A DNA stretch of 64,000 bases from Candidatus Eiseniibacteriota bacterium (GCA_044229145.1 JBGATO010000013.1:1-64000); one strand, 5' to 3'; positions 53,239 to 62,837 are shown, counted from the stretch's first letter. Numbers and translations: made by a program. Notes: a model not told the origin generated them from the sequence alone.

Positions 53239-53615
53239 GACAGTCCTCCGGCGACGGCGCACCAGGCGCGCACGACGAGCGGCGCATCATACGCGACGGT
53301 AGAGCGCGCCGCCAGGACAGCCAAAGTGAGGATAGCCTAACTCGCGATGTCCACCATCATGGTCCTCCGGTGGCCCATCGTGCAACCTCGTCCGCCGCAC
53401 CGGCGTCTCAGCCCCGGGTCGTCCGGCGCGGCAGAGCTGGCGGTGTCGGACCGCCCGCCGCGGGGAGCACGGCGCCGTCGCAGTGGGAGGCGCCGTGCCG
53501 ACCCCGCCGGACTCCGAAGTTTCCACCACGCCCGATTCCGCGAGTGGTAGGCTGTCTCCAGCCGCGACGGGCTCCCACGGCGCGATCGCGGAACGTGCAA
53601 GGAGGTTGAATTACC

Positions 53616-54350
53616 ATGTTGCGTCAGGTGAGGCTGTGGGTACTCGCCAGCCTCGTATGCGCTGTCCTCGTGCCGGCAACGGTGAACGCGCAGGGCGGCG
53701 GAGGCGGCGGGGGCGGCGGGGGCGGAGCCAAGGGCGGAGGTGCCGGGGGGTCGGTGAATCCGTCGACCACGCCCGCACCGAACACCGGTACGCTGACCAA
53801 TCCGTTCGACGCCGGCCAATACGCCGGCAAGGATAAACTGCCGGAGTGGGCGCGTGATCCCATTCTGGCGGCGCAGGAAGACGGTGAACTCCCGCGCCTC
53901 CCCGCGAAGATGACGCTTGCCGCGGCGCTCGATTCATTGCACTGCATGGTGGCCGGGAAGCAACCGTATCCCTTCGAGGCCGTCAAGCTCACGCAAGGCC
54001 AATCGGTGACCGCCAGCGTCGTCGCCGATTGCCCGGACGTGCGCTTCCACGTGCGGCTCGCGGGACCGCAACTTCCGCCCGGCACCAAGGGCAAGACCTT
54101 CAAGGTGACGGTCAGTGTCGATCAGGGCGAAACACGCGTGGTGACCGCGAAGGCGGGCAAGGACATCGTCCTCACGCTGCCCGACAACTCGACGATGATG
54201 ACGGGCAAGCCGAGTTCCCAGTGGCTCGACGTGCCGATGAGCGGGGCGCGGCCGGTCAAGGTCACGGTGACGGTCGATGAGGCGCCGGGCGGGTGGCTGC
54301 TCGCCGACCTCCGCGCAACGCGGCCGCCGAGCGCATCGTCGATGCACTAG
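53616..54350 (+). CDS. Secreted hypothetical protein with poly-Gly N-terminus
   Basis: AAGGAGG RBS, signal peptide ending VNA-Q, beta-rich C-terminal half, hairpin downstream. Confidence 0.75.
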   Translation: MLRQVRLWVLASLVCAVLVPATVNAQGGGGGGGGGGGAKGGGAGGSVNPSTTPAPNTGTLTNPFDAGQYAGKDKLPEWARDPILAAQEDGELPRLPAKMTLAAALDSLHCMVAGKQPYPFEAVKLTQGQSVTASVVADCPDVRFHVRLAGPQLPPGTKGKTFKVTVSVDQGETRVVTAKAGKDIVLTLPDNSTMMTGKPSSQWLDVPMSGARPVKVTVTVDEAPGGWLLADLRATRPPSASSMH

Positions 54351-54369
54351 CCGCACACGATCCGGTATC

Positions 54370-54400
54370 CGAAGGGCGAGGGCCATCCCCTCGCCCTTCG
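54370..54400 (+). terminator. Hairpin downstream of the secreted hypothetical gene
   Basis: CGAAGGGCGAGGG-CCATC-CCCTCGCCCTTCG. Confidence 0.6.
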
Positions 54401-54423
54401 CGCATCTGGACCCACCCCGCGCG

Positions 54424-54453
54424 TTGACGGTCTCGTCGCGGCGCTGCTACGGT
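54424..54453 (+). promoter_or_regulatory. Sigma70-like promoter with extended -10
   Basis: TTGACG-N18-TACGGT with TG upstream of the -10; ATG 9 nt downstream. Confidence 0.55.
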
Positions 54454-54462
54454 CCCGGCCTC

Positions 54463-55359
54463 ATGAGCCTGCTCGATCGCCTCGTCGTCGGCACGTTGCC
54501 CCTGGTGCCCAAGCCGCTCGTCCACCGCATCGCCAGCCGCTACATCGCGGGCGATGGGCTGGCCGATGCCATTCGCGTCGTGCGGACACTCAACGCCGAA
54601 GGCGCACTCGGCACCATCGACGTCCTCGGAGAAGACATCTTCACGCAGGCCGAAGCGGAAGCCGGCATGCGCGAATACCTCCAGGTGCTCGACGCGATCA
54701 CGGCCGAGAAGGTCGCCGGCAATATCTCGGTGAAATTGTCCGCGCTCGGGCTGCGCATCGACACCGAGCTGTGCTATCGCCTGATGCGCGAATTGGTGGC
54801 CGCGGCGGCGGCACGCGATTGTTTCGTGCGCATCGACATGGAAGACGCGACGGTCACCGACGCCACGCTACGGATCTACGATCGGTTGGTGCAGGAGTTC
54901 CCGCGCGTGGGCGTGGTGTTCCAGGCGTGCTTGCGGCGCACCCTCGACGATGCGCATCAGTACGTGCAGTCGAAGACCAACGTGCGGCTGTGCAAGGGCA
55001 TCTATCGCGAGGCACGCGCCGTTGCCTATCACGACCGCGAGATCGTGCGGCGCAACTACGTGGCAATCCTCGAGACGCTGCTGCGCGGCGGTTCGTACGT
55101 CGGCATCGCGACGCACGACGAATACCTCACCGCGGAGGCGATCCGCGTGGTGCGCGAACTGGGGCTCTCGCGCGACCAGTACGAATTCCAGATGTTGCTT
55201 GGCGTCGACGATGAATTGCGCCGCATCTTGCTCGCCACCGGGCACCGTGTGCGAATCTACGTGCCGTTCGGCGCGCGGTGGTATGCCTACTCGACGCGCC
55301 GCCTGAAGGAAAATCCGCAGATCGCCGGCTACGTCGCCAAGGCGATGTTCTCGTCGTAG
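54463..55359 (+). CDS. Monofunctional proline dehydrogenase
   Basis: RYIAG, DVLGE, SVKLS, RIDMED, RLCKGIY, IATHD, EFQML.G, YVPFG..WY.Y..RRL.ENP. Confidence 0.93.
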   Translation: MSLLDRLVVGTLPLVPKPLVHRIASRYIAGDGLADAIRVVRTLNAEGALGTIDVLGEDIFTQAEAEAGMREYLQVLDAITAEKVAGNISVKLSALGLRIDTELCYRLMRELVAAAAARDCFVRIDMEDATVTDATLRIYDRLVQEFPRVGVVFQACLRRTLDDAHQYVQSKTNVRLCKGIYREARAVAYHDREIVRRNYVAILETLLRGGSYVGIATHDEYLTAEAIRVVRELGLSRDQYEFQMLLGVDDELRRILLATGHRVRIYVPFGARWYAYSTRRLKENPQIAGYVAKAMFSS

Positions 55360-56012
55360 ACGATCGCCGTCGTCTGCGCGATCGTTGTGCGACACATGCC
55401 GGCACGCTCGCAAGCTTCCCGCACGAGCCGTTCGAATCGCGCGATGTAGCGGCGGTCACCGGCTTCACGCGCGGCGATCGCGTCGCGCGCCGCCGCGCAG
55501 AGTTGATGTTGCAGCACCACCGGGACCCGGTCGAGACGCCGCAGGACATCCGGCAGCGCCAGATAGCTCGGCATGTGGTCGATGAGCTCCGGTGTGCGCG
55601 CCAGTGCGTAGAGATCGCACGCCCTCTCGCCGCCCGGGACCAAGCCGCGCGCCTGCAGCAAGTGCGTGAACTCGTGCGCCAGGGTGAAGAGATCGAGCCG
55701 CCGCGGCCGCACCCAGACGCCGGGATGCGCCGGGTCAAGGGAACCCCAGCCGAGGATGCCGCGCTTCTTCACCAACCCCACGCGAATCGTGAGCCCTTCG
55801 AGTTCGGGGAAGTGGTGCCGCGCGAGTTCCAGCCGTTCGACGATGCGCTTGTGGTGGCGGGAATGCAGCGCCAGGCGCGAAAACGTCCAGCGTGGCGGAC
55901 CGTCCGGCGTGACGAGGTGAAGTGCGGGGGCGGGATGGACAGGCTGCGTGGCCGCCGCTGCGTCCACCGTGAAGTCGAAAGCGAGTTGGGCGTGCGATGA
56001 GCGTGGGCGCAT
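55329..56012 (-). CDS. HExxH metallopeptidase-like protein
   Basis: TLAHEFTHLLQ followed by E..CD; clear promoter upstream; 3' end overlaps proline dehydrogenase by 31 nt. Confidence 0.75.
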   Translation of the reverse strand: MRPRSSHAQLAFDFTVDAAAATQPVHPAPALHLVTPDGPPRWTFSRLALHSRHHKRIVERLELARHHFPELEGLTIRVGLVKKRGILGWGSLDPAHPGVWVRPRRLDLFTLAHEFTHLLQARGLVPGGERACDLYALARTPELIDHMPSYLALPDVLRRLDRVPVVLQHQLCAAARDAIAAREAGDRRYIARFERLVREACERAGMCRTTIAQTTAIVYDENIALAT

Positions 56013-56019
56013 GCGCGGG

Positions 56020-56048
56020 AGACTAGGGATGCGCACTCCGCGCGTCAA
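56020..56048 (-). promoter_or_regulatory. Sigma70-like leaderless promoter
   Basis: On the minus strand TTGACG-N17-TAGTCT-N7-ATG. Confidence 0.65.
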
Positions 56049-56252
56049 TCGGACCACGCGCGCCGACGGACCCGCGTGTGCGCCGCCGGTCGTAGTGCAG
56101 AGTTTCCGGTATTGCATTCGTCGCACGCTGCCTAGACTGGACGGCTGGCGGGGATGGCGCCACGCGCGTGTCTTCGATGCCGTGCGAGTGACCTCAGGTG
56201 ATTGCCACGTTCCCGTAGTGCATCGACGCGAATTGTGTGTGCGGGAGACGCG

Positions 56253-57914
56253 ATGTCTCGTCCGGAGCGAGTCGACGAGTGGAAGGCGGGGTGCCTCCCG
56301 CTGGTGATCAGCGTGTGCGGCCATCGCACCGTGCCCGAGTCGGACGTCCCCGCACTCGAACATGCAGTGCGGGATGTGCTCCGCGCGCTGCGGGAGGCGT
56401 TTCCGCACACGCCGCTCGTCGTGCTGTCGTCGCTCGCGGAAGGCGCCGACCGGCTGGTGGCGCGGATCGCGTTGCAAGACGGTGCGCACGTCGTTGCCGT
56501 GTTGCCGGTACCCGCCGACGAGTACGCGCGCGAGTTTCCGCTCCCCGCGTCGCGCGACGAATTTCACTTTCTCTGGGAGCACGCGGCCGCGCGCCACGTG
56601 GTGCCGGCGGTGGATGCGAATCCCAGCCATCGGTACGTGGCGGTCGCACGCCATCTCACCCAACGCGCACACGTGCTGCTGGCGCTGTGGGACGGCGAGG
56701 CGTCGCGCGGTCCGGGCGGAACCGCGACGCTGGTCCACGCTTTTCGCACCGGCACGCTGCCGCCCGATCCCGCCGCCGTCGACGGCGTGCCGGGCGAGCA
56801 ATGGGGCTTGCTGGCGTGGATCCGCACGCCCCGCGGGGCCACGGCGGCGGCCAGCAGCGTATGCGTCTGGGAAGAAGTCCTCGACGGCACGTCGCAGCGC
56901 ATCACGGGGCCGTCCGCCTGCCGCGACGCGCGCGCCCGCGATGTCGCCGCCCTCAACGCATGCCTGGCGAACCGGTCCGCGCCCCAGGTGGCGCCGGGCG
57001 ACGACATCTTGACCGTGCGAATGCGCGCCGCCAGCGCGTTGGCCGACGCGCTCACGCGGCAGCGCACCCTCGTGCATGCCGCCGTCACGGCCGCGCTCAT
57101 CCTCGCCGTCGGCGTGTTCAGCGCCTGGCACCTGCTGTGGACGCCGGCGATGTGGTTATTGCCGGTGTACGCGGGCGTGATCGCTGCGGCATTGGCCGGC
57201 GAGGTGTGGGTGCGCCGGCGATCGTTCGAGGCTCGCGTGTGGCTGACGCGCAGCGTGTCGGAGGCGCTGCGCGTGCAGACCGCATGGTGCCGGGCGGGCG
57301 TGGTGAACGTCGCGGCCGACTGCTATCCGCTGTTCGCGGCGCGCGACATCCGCGCCTTGCGCTGCGCGGTGCGCGGTGCCGCCGCGGAGTGCGGCGGCGA
57401 TTGCCCCGGCGCAAACATGGAGGCGTTGCGCGCGGTGCGCGAGTCGTGGGTGGCCGAGCAGGCGGACTACTACGGCAGCCGCGCGGCCTGCTATCAGCGC
57501 GAGCACCGCCGGCACGACCGGCTGTGGCAGGCGATGCTCGCGGTGCATGTGCTCAGCGTCGCCGCGCTGTACTGGGCGATGACGGACGGTCCGTGGGCCG
57601 CGGCGCACAGCGGCACGCACGGCGGCGTGCCGCCGTATCACTGGGGCATCCTGCTCATCATCCTGCCGCTTGCGTGCATCACGCTGATGCGCCAGAGCTA
57701 TCTGCGCCACGGCCGGGTCGCGGAGTGGCGGCGCTACCGCGGCGCGGCCGACCTGTTCGCGCGGGCCGATGCCGCGCTCGTCGCCGCGCTGGAAGCGGAG
57801 GATGCCGCCCGGGCACGCGCACTGATTCGCGAACTCGGGCGCGAGGCGCTGGCCGAGCACGCCGAGTGGCTCATGCTGCACCTCGATCGCCCGCTCGAAG
57901 TGGAGCCGGCGTGA
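56253..57914 (+). CDS. YspA-like SLOG domain + 4-TM SLATT-like membrane protein
   Basis: SLOG motifs CGHR, SSLAEGADRL, LALWDG..GPGGT; four hydrophobic helices; SEALR, W..EQ..YY, LGREALAE..EW; GGAG RBS. Confidence 0.8.
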   Translation: MSRPERVDEWKAGCLPLVISVCGHRTVPESDVPALEHAVRDVLRALREAFPHTPLVVLSSLAEGADRLVARIALQDGAHVVAVLPVPADEYAREFPLPASRDEFHFLWEHAAARHVVPAVDANPSHRYVAVARHLTQRAHVLLALWDGEASRGPGGTATLVHAFRTGTLPPDPAAVDGVPGEQWGLLAWIRTPRGATAAASSVCVWEEVLDGTSQRITGPSACRDARARDVAALNACLANRSAPQVAPGDDILTVRMRAASALADALTRQRTLVHAAVTAALILAVGVFSAWHLLWTPAMWLLPVYAGVIAAALAGEVWVRRRSFEARVWLTRSVSEALRVQTAWCRAGVVNVAADCYPLFAARDIRALRCAVRGAAAECGGDCPGANMEALRAVRESWVAEQADYYGSRAACYQREHRRHDRLWQAMLAVHVLSVAALYWAMTDGPWAAAHSGTHGGVPPYHWGILLIILPLACITLMRQSYLRHGRVAEWRRYRGAADLFARADAALVAALEAEDAARARALIRELGREALAEHAEWLMLHLDRPLEVEPA

Positions 57915-59911
57915 CGGCGCGGGCCGCGTCGCCGGCAGAGCCGCGCGTCTTCGTGAGCCACGCGGCGGCGAAGGACGGCGGTTTCGCCCGCCGCCTATGT
58001 GCCGGACTGGAAGCGCGCGGCGTGCCGTGCTGGATCGCGCCCCGCGATGCCGGCGGTGGCGAATGGGCGCAGCAAATCGACGAGGCGCTCAGCGCCTGCC
58101 AGGTGCTCTTGGTGGTCGTGTCGCCCGCGGCGGAGCGGTCGGAGATGGTGCGCCGCGAGTTGGCGCGCGCGGCGGCGTTGCGCAAGCCGTTCGTCCCGGT
58201 GCGTCGCGGGGAGCAGCCGTTGCACGGGGCGCTCGAATTCTTCGTCTCCGCCTTCCACCACGAAATCGTCAGTGCCCGGCCGCCGGCGCGCGAGCTCGAT
58301 CGGCTCGCCCGCGTCGTGCGGCGTGCCGCGGCGATGGGAAGTCGACCGCGTGTGGCACGCGCGCGCTGCACGCGCCACACGGTGGCGCTGCTGCCGTGGA
58401 CGGCGAGCGGCACGCGCGCGGACGCGGAGTTGGCCCGCGGTCTCGGCGAAGTCTGCGCCGCCGAACTCGCACGCGATGGCGGCTGCGCGGTCATTCCGCC
58501 CGCGAGCCTCCCGCCGTCGTGGGAGCAGGACGCGCGCGCCGCCGCGCGTGCGTGCGGCGCGACGCTTCTGCTCACCGGCGTGCTGCTCTCCACCGGCCGC
58601 GCGCTGCAGGCCACCGTGACTCTGGTCGATGTCGAACACGGACACACGAGGTGGGCGGCCTCGCGGCGCGGGTCGACGGCGCGATTGCTCGCCCTGGAGG
58701 ACGAAATGCTCGACGCGGTGCGCGGCGCGTTGCGTGCCACGCGCACTGCGAGTGGTGCAGAGGAGGACGGCGGCACGACCGCCGGCCGCGCGCGATTCCT
58801 GCGCGCCCTCGGCTGGTTGAGCCGGGTGGACAGCGTGCGCGCGCTGCGCCGCGCGCGCCGGTTGCTGGATGCGGTGCCGCTCGACGCGGCCGGCCCCGGG
58901 GACGTCCGCGCGGCGCGGGCCCGCGCGGCGGCGGCGCTCTACGACCACACCGACCGGCCCGAGTACCTCGCGGCGGCGCGCCACGAAGCGCGGTTGGCGG
59001 CCCGCGAGCACGGGAGCGGACCGGCTACCACCTTGGCACTCGCCCACGTGGCGCTGCGCACCGGGCATCCCGAGCAGGCCGAATCGCTGTACCGCCGCGC
59101 GCTCGAGCAGTCCCCGCGTCTGGTGGAGGCGTACGTCGGCCTGGCGCGCGTGCACGCCACGCGCGGCGCGTGGGCGGCAGGGGCCACGGCGTGCCGGCAG
59201 GCGCTGCGCCGCGTGCCCGGCGCATGGATCGCGTGGGATCAGCTCGGCAAGTTGTGGTTCGCCCAGGGACGATTCCGCGACGCCGCGGGCGCGTTCGCGC
59301 GCGTCGCCGCCGCGATTCCGCACCCGGCTGCCGCGCACGCGAATCGCGCCGCCGCGCTCTTCCTGGCCGGCGACGACGACGGCGCCATGGAGGAGTTCCG
59401 CCGCTCATGGCGCCTCGCGCACACCGCGCGCACCGCCACCAGCATCTGCACCGCGCAGTTCTTCCGCGGCGCGTTCGCCAACGCCGTGCAGTGGGCCGAG
59501 CGCGCGACGCGGCTGCAGCCGGAAGACCCGATGACGTGGGGAAATCTGGGCGATGCGCAGGCGCGGGTCGCGCATCGCCGCGAGGCAGCAGGCGCCGCGT
59601 ACCGCCACGCCATCACGCTCATGCGCCGGCACCTCCGGCGGTCGCCGCGCGACCCCGAAGCGCGAGCCCGTCTGGCGTGCTGGCTGGTCAAGATCGGGCG
59701 CGGCGACGACGCCACGCGCGAAATCCGCCGCGCGCTGCGCGACGCGCCCGCCGACGCCACCGTGCTGCTCGACGCCGCCGTGGTGGCGGAGTGGCAGGGC
59801 AAGCGGCGCGAGGTGACGCGCTTCGCGTCGGCCGCGACGCGTGCCGGCATGCCGCGCCACGTGGTCCACCGCGTGATCGCGCAATCCGCGCCGCCGCCGG
59901 GCGAAGGCTAA
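57911..59911 (+). CDS. TIR + TolB-like + TPR protein
   Basis: TIR: VFVSHA..GVPCWIAPRD..W..QI..AL...S..VRREL; TolB-like TVALLPW..LARGL; multiple TPRs; GTGA overlap with the upstream stop. Confidence 0.85.
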   Translation: MTARAASPAEPRVFVSHAAAKDGGFARRLCAGLEARGVPCWIAPRDAGGGEWAQQIDEALSACQVLLVVVSPAAERSEMVRRELARAAALRKPFVPVRRGEQPLHGALEFFVSAFHHEIVSARPPARELDRLARVVRRAAAMGSRPRVARARCTRHTVALLPWTASGTRADAELARGLGEVCAAELARDGGCAVIPPASLPPSWEQDARAAARACGATLLLTGVLLSTGRALQATVTLVDVEHGHTRWAASRRGSTARLLALEDEMLDAVRGALRATRTASGAEEDGGTTAGRARFLRALGWLSRVDSVRALRRARRLLDAVPLDAAGPGDVRAARARAAAALYDHTDRPEYLAAARHEARLAAREHGSGPATTLALAHVALRTGHPEQAESLYRRALEQSPRLVEAYVGLARVHATRGAWAAGATACRQALRRVPGAWIAWDQLGKLWFAQGRFRDAAGAFARVAAAIPHPAAAHANRAAALFLAGDDDGAMEEFRRSWRLAHTARTATSICTAQFFRGAFANAVQWAERATRLQPEDPMTWGNLGDAQARVAHRREAAGAAYRHAITLMRRHLRRSPRDPEARARLACWLVKIGRGDDATREIRRALRDAPADATVLLDAAVVAEWQGKRREVTRFASAATRAGMPRHVVHRVIAQSAPPPGEG

Positions 59912-59993
59912 GGGAGTACCACGCCGTCGGGCCACGCCACGCCGGCGGCGCACACGAGGCGGGCCACGCGGCCCGTCGCGAGAGGAGGACCGC

Positions 59994-60455
59994 ATGGCCG
60001 TGCGTACCATGGCGTCCCAGACCGAATCCGGCGTCTTGGACGTGTACGTGATGGATCCGCTCCCCGGACTGAAGCTGCACCACGTCCGCGTCGCTCCGAG
60101 CGGGTGTCTGCAGTTCCTCACCAGCCGCGTGACTGCGGTGCGTTGGCACAACGTGACGAGTTGGGGCTGGATGTGGATCGTCAAGATCGCGCCCGATCCG
60201 GACTACCTCTGCTGTCCGGACGCCTATCCTGACCCGCGGCCGTACGGCCAGGTGCCAGGGGCGCCGGCCTTTGCCGATTTCGGGCCGGTCCTCGCGCGCG
60301 GCAGCCGGACGATGTCGCTTCGCGGTTTCAAGCCAGGACCGCTGCACTATCGGTACGACATCGTGGCCGCCGACGTGCCGCGCAAGCCGACGGTCAAGGA
60401 CGGCCGCTGCGGGGTCGAGGGCTGGGACCAGGATCCGCACTTCGTGCTCCAGTAG
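59994..60455 (+). CDS. Small hypothetical protein (153 aa) ending DPHFVLQ
   Basis: GAGGAGG RBS, coding-like codon pattern, beta-rich, no signal peptide. Confidence 0.75.
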   Translation: MAVRTMASQTESGVLDVYVMDPLPGLKLHHVRVAPSGCLQFLTSRVTAVRWHNVTSWGWMWIVKIAPDPDYLCCPDAYPDPRPYGQVPGAPAFADFGPVLARGSRTMSLRGFKPGPLHYRYDIVAADVPRKPTVKDGRCGVEGWDQDPHFVLQ

Positions 60456-60635
60456 ACCGCGGGGAGAGGCCATCTGGGCGGGGTGGGGGTCCGGGGCGCG
60501 ATCGAGGCTGCACCGGGTCCCCGCCCTGGCTATACTTCCTCACCCAGATTGCGCGGGACGCTGCGGAGAGCGCGCGGAATTGCCGATAACCTCTCCCCTG
60601 GATGTATGCGCCCGACCCGCCCACAGGAGAGATGG

Positions 60636-62837
60636 GTGAAGCAGATTCGCCAGTTCTACAAGGACGGCTCGCTCGAGTCGAAGGACGTGCCCGTGCCGAC
60701 CATCGGCAGCGGCGAGGTCCTGGTGCGGTCCCACTATTCGTTCGTCAGCGTGGGCACCGAGAAGATGAAGGTCTCGCAGGCCCGCATGTCGCTGGTCGAG
60801 AAGGCGAAAGAACGCCCCGATCAAGTGAAGCAGGTGGTGCAGACGCTGAAGGACCAGGGCGTGATGCCCACCTACCGCAAGGTCACCGAGCGCCTCAAGG
60901 CGCCGACCACGCTCGGCTACTCGGTCGGCGGCGTCGTCGTGGCGGTGGGCTCGCGCGTCGAGGACTTGCGCGTCGGACAGCGCGTCGCCGCGATCGGCGA
61001 GGCTGTCGCCACGCACGCGGAGTACAACGCGGTGCCGCGCAACATGGTGGCCCCGGTGCCCGACGGCGTGTCGCTCGAACACGCGAGCGCCACCGCGATC
61101 GGGTCGATCGTCATGCAGGGCATCCGGCAGGCGAAGCTCGAACTCGGCGAAACCGTCGGCGTGATCGGGCTCGGCTTGCTTGGGCAGTTTGCGGTGCAGT
61201 TGGCGCGCGCCAACGGGTGCCGCGTGGTCGGCGTCGACCTCGATCCGTCGAAGTGCGAGCTTGCGCTGCAGAACGGCGCCGACGCGGTCGCGTCGCCCGA
61301 CACCAACGAAGCGCTCTACCACGCGCTGCGCACCAGCGGTGGCCGCGGCGTGGACGCGGTGCTGCTCACCGCGTCGACCAAGTCCAACGATCCGGTCGAT
61401 CTCAGCCTCGCGATGCTGCGCGACCGCGGCCGCATCGTGTGTCTGGGCAACACGCACATCGAACTCGACTGGCGGTTGTTCTTCGCCAAGGAAGCGTCGT
61501 TCCTGTTCAGCCGCGCGATGGGGCCGGGCTCCGGCGATCCGGACTACGAGCGCCGCGGCAACGACTATCCGGTGGGCCAGGTGCGCTGGACGCAGCTGCG
61601 CAACATGGAGTGCTTCCTCGATCTCATCGCCGGCGGGCAGCTCGATCTTTCGCGGCTCATCACGCACCGCTTCCCGTTCGCGGACGCCGACAAGGTGTTC
61701 GACGGCATCAGCGACGGATCGTTGGCGAAGGCGGTCGGCATCGTCTTCCAGTATCCGGAGGCGGAAGCGGAAGCGCCGGACGCCAGCGCGCGCGTGCAGA
61801 TCTTCCAGACCACCAAGCCGTCGGGCACCGTGCGTCTCGGACTGATCGGCGCCGGCAACTACGCGAAGTCGATGTTGCTCCCGTACATCCCGAACTTGCC
61901 CGGCGTGACGATGGAAGGCATCTGCACGTCGAAGGGCATGAACGCGGAGACGCTGGCGCAGCGCTTCAACATGCGCATCGCCACCACCGACGCGGCGCAG
62001 TTGATCGGCGACCGCGGCATCACCGCGCTCATGGTGGCGACGCGCCACGACTCGCACGCGCGCTACGCCGCCGACGCGATCGGCGCCGGCAAGCACGTGT
62101 ACGTCGAGAAGCCGCTGGCGCAGACGCAAGAGCAACTCGACACCATCACCGACGCGCTGGCCGCGCGCCGCGCGCAGAACGGCGGCAGCGAGGTGCCGAC
62201 GTTGTGGCTCGGTCACAACCGCCGCTTCGCGCCGCTGACGCGCGAGATCATGCAGCACTTCGACGGCGTCGGCGTGCGGCAGATCCACATGCTGGTGCAC
62301 TCGGGCAGCGTGCCGGGCGATTCGTGGTATCAAGATCCCGAGCAAGGCGGCGGCATGTTGTTCGGCGACGTCTGCCACTACATCGACCTCGCGACGTGGC
62401 TCGCCGACTCGATGCCGGTCGAAGTGCAAGCGTTCGCGACGCCCGACGTCAGCCACCGCGAGGAGTCCTGGGCGATCCAGCTGCGCTACGCGAGCGGCGG
62501 CATCGCCTCGGTGCACTACGTCTGCGGGTCGACCACCGGCTTCGAGCACGACGTCGTCGAAGTGCTGGGCGGCGGGCGCGCGGCGCGCATGACCAACTTC
62601 ACCGCGCTCACGCTGCTCGGCGGCAAGGGCAAGAAGACGGCGAAGCGCCTGCAGCCGGACCTCGGACAGAAGGCGATGCTCGAGGAGATGGCGAAGCAGT
62701 TCGCCCGCACGCCGGGCACGCCGGATTACACCGACAGCTTCGTGATCGCCGCGCAGTCGTTGATCGCGGCGCACCGGTCGATCGTCGAAGGGCGCGTGGT
62801 CGCGCTCGAGCAGACGTTCCCGTACCGTCCGGTGTGA
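60636..62837 (+). CDS. Bi-domain oxidoreductase (Zn-ADH-like + Gfo/Idh/MocA), surface polysaccharide biosynthesis
   Basis: SVGTE, LGYS, HAE, GLGLLG; IGAGNY, ATRH..H, VEKPL, GHNRRF; AGGAG before GTG. Confidence 0.9.
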   Translation: MKQIRQFYKDGSLESKDVPVPTIGSGEVLVRSHYSFVSVGTEKMKVSQARMSLVEKAKERPDQVKQVVQTLKDQGVMPTYRKVTERLKAPTTLGYSVGGVVVAVGSRVEDLRVGQRVAAIGEAVATHAEYNAVPRNMVAPVPDGVSLEHASATAIGSIVMQGIRQAKLELGETVGVIGLGLLGQFAVQLARANGCRVVGVDLDPSKCELALQNGADAVASPDTNEALYHALRTSGGRGVDAVLLTASTKSNDPVDLSLAMLRDRGRIVCLGNTHIELDWRLFFAKEASFLFSRAMGPGSGDPDYERRGNDYPVGQVRWTQLRNMECFLDLIAGGQLDLSRLITHRFPFADADKVFDGISDGSLAKAVGIVFQYPEAEAEAPDASARVQIFQTTKPSGTVRLGLIGAGNYAKSMLLPYIPNLPGVTMEGICTSKGMNAETLAQRFNMRIATTDAAQLIGDRGITALMVATRHDSHARYAADAIGAGKHVYVEKPLAQTQEQLDTITDALAARRAQNGGSEVPTLWLGHNRRFAPLTREIMQHFDGVGVRQIHMLVHSGSVPGDSWYQDPEQGGGMLFGDVCHYIDLATWLADSMPVEVQAFATPDVSHREESWAIQLRYASGGIASVHYVCGSTTGFEHDVVEVLGGGRAARMTNFTALTLLGGKGKKTAKRLQPDLGQKAMLEEMAKQFARTPGTPDYTDSFVIAAQSLIAAHRSIVEGRVVALEQTFPYRPV

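Noticed and set aside
53327..53345. TGAGGATAGCCTAACTCGC resembling a DtxR/IdeR box
   Set aside because: The right half matches poorly, neighbouring genes are not iron-related, and it overlaps a likely -10 element
53330..53557. Retron msr-msd interpretation of the inverted repeat
   Set aside because: No reverse transcriptase gene in the window
56237..57910. 1224-aa ORF suggesting a long N-terminal extension of the TIR protein
   Set aside because: The first 558 codons are an off-frame read of the SLOG gene; protein-like sequence starts at GTG 57911
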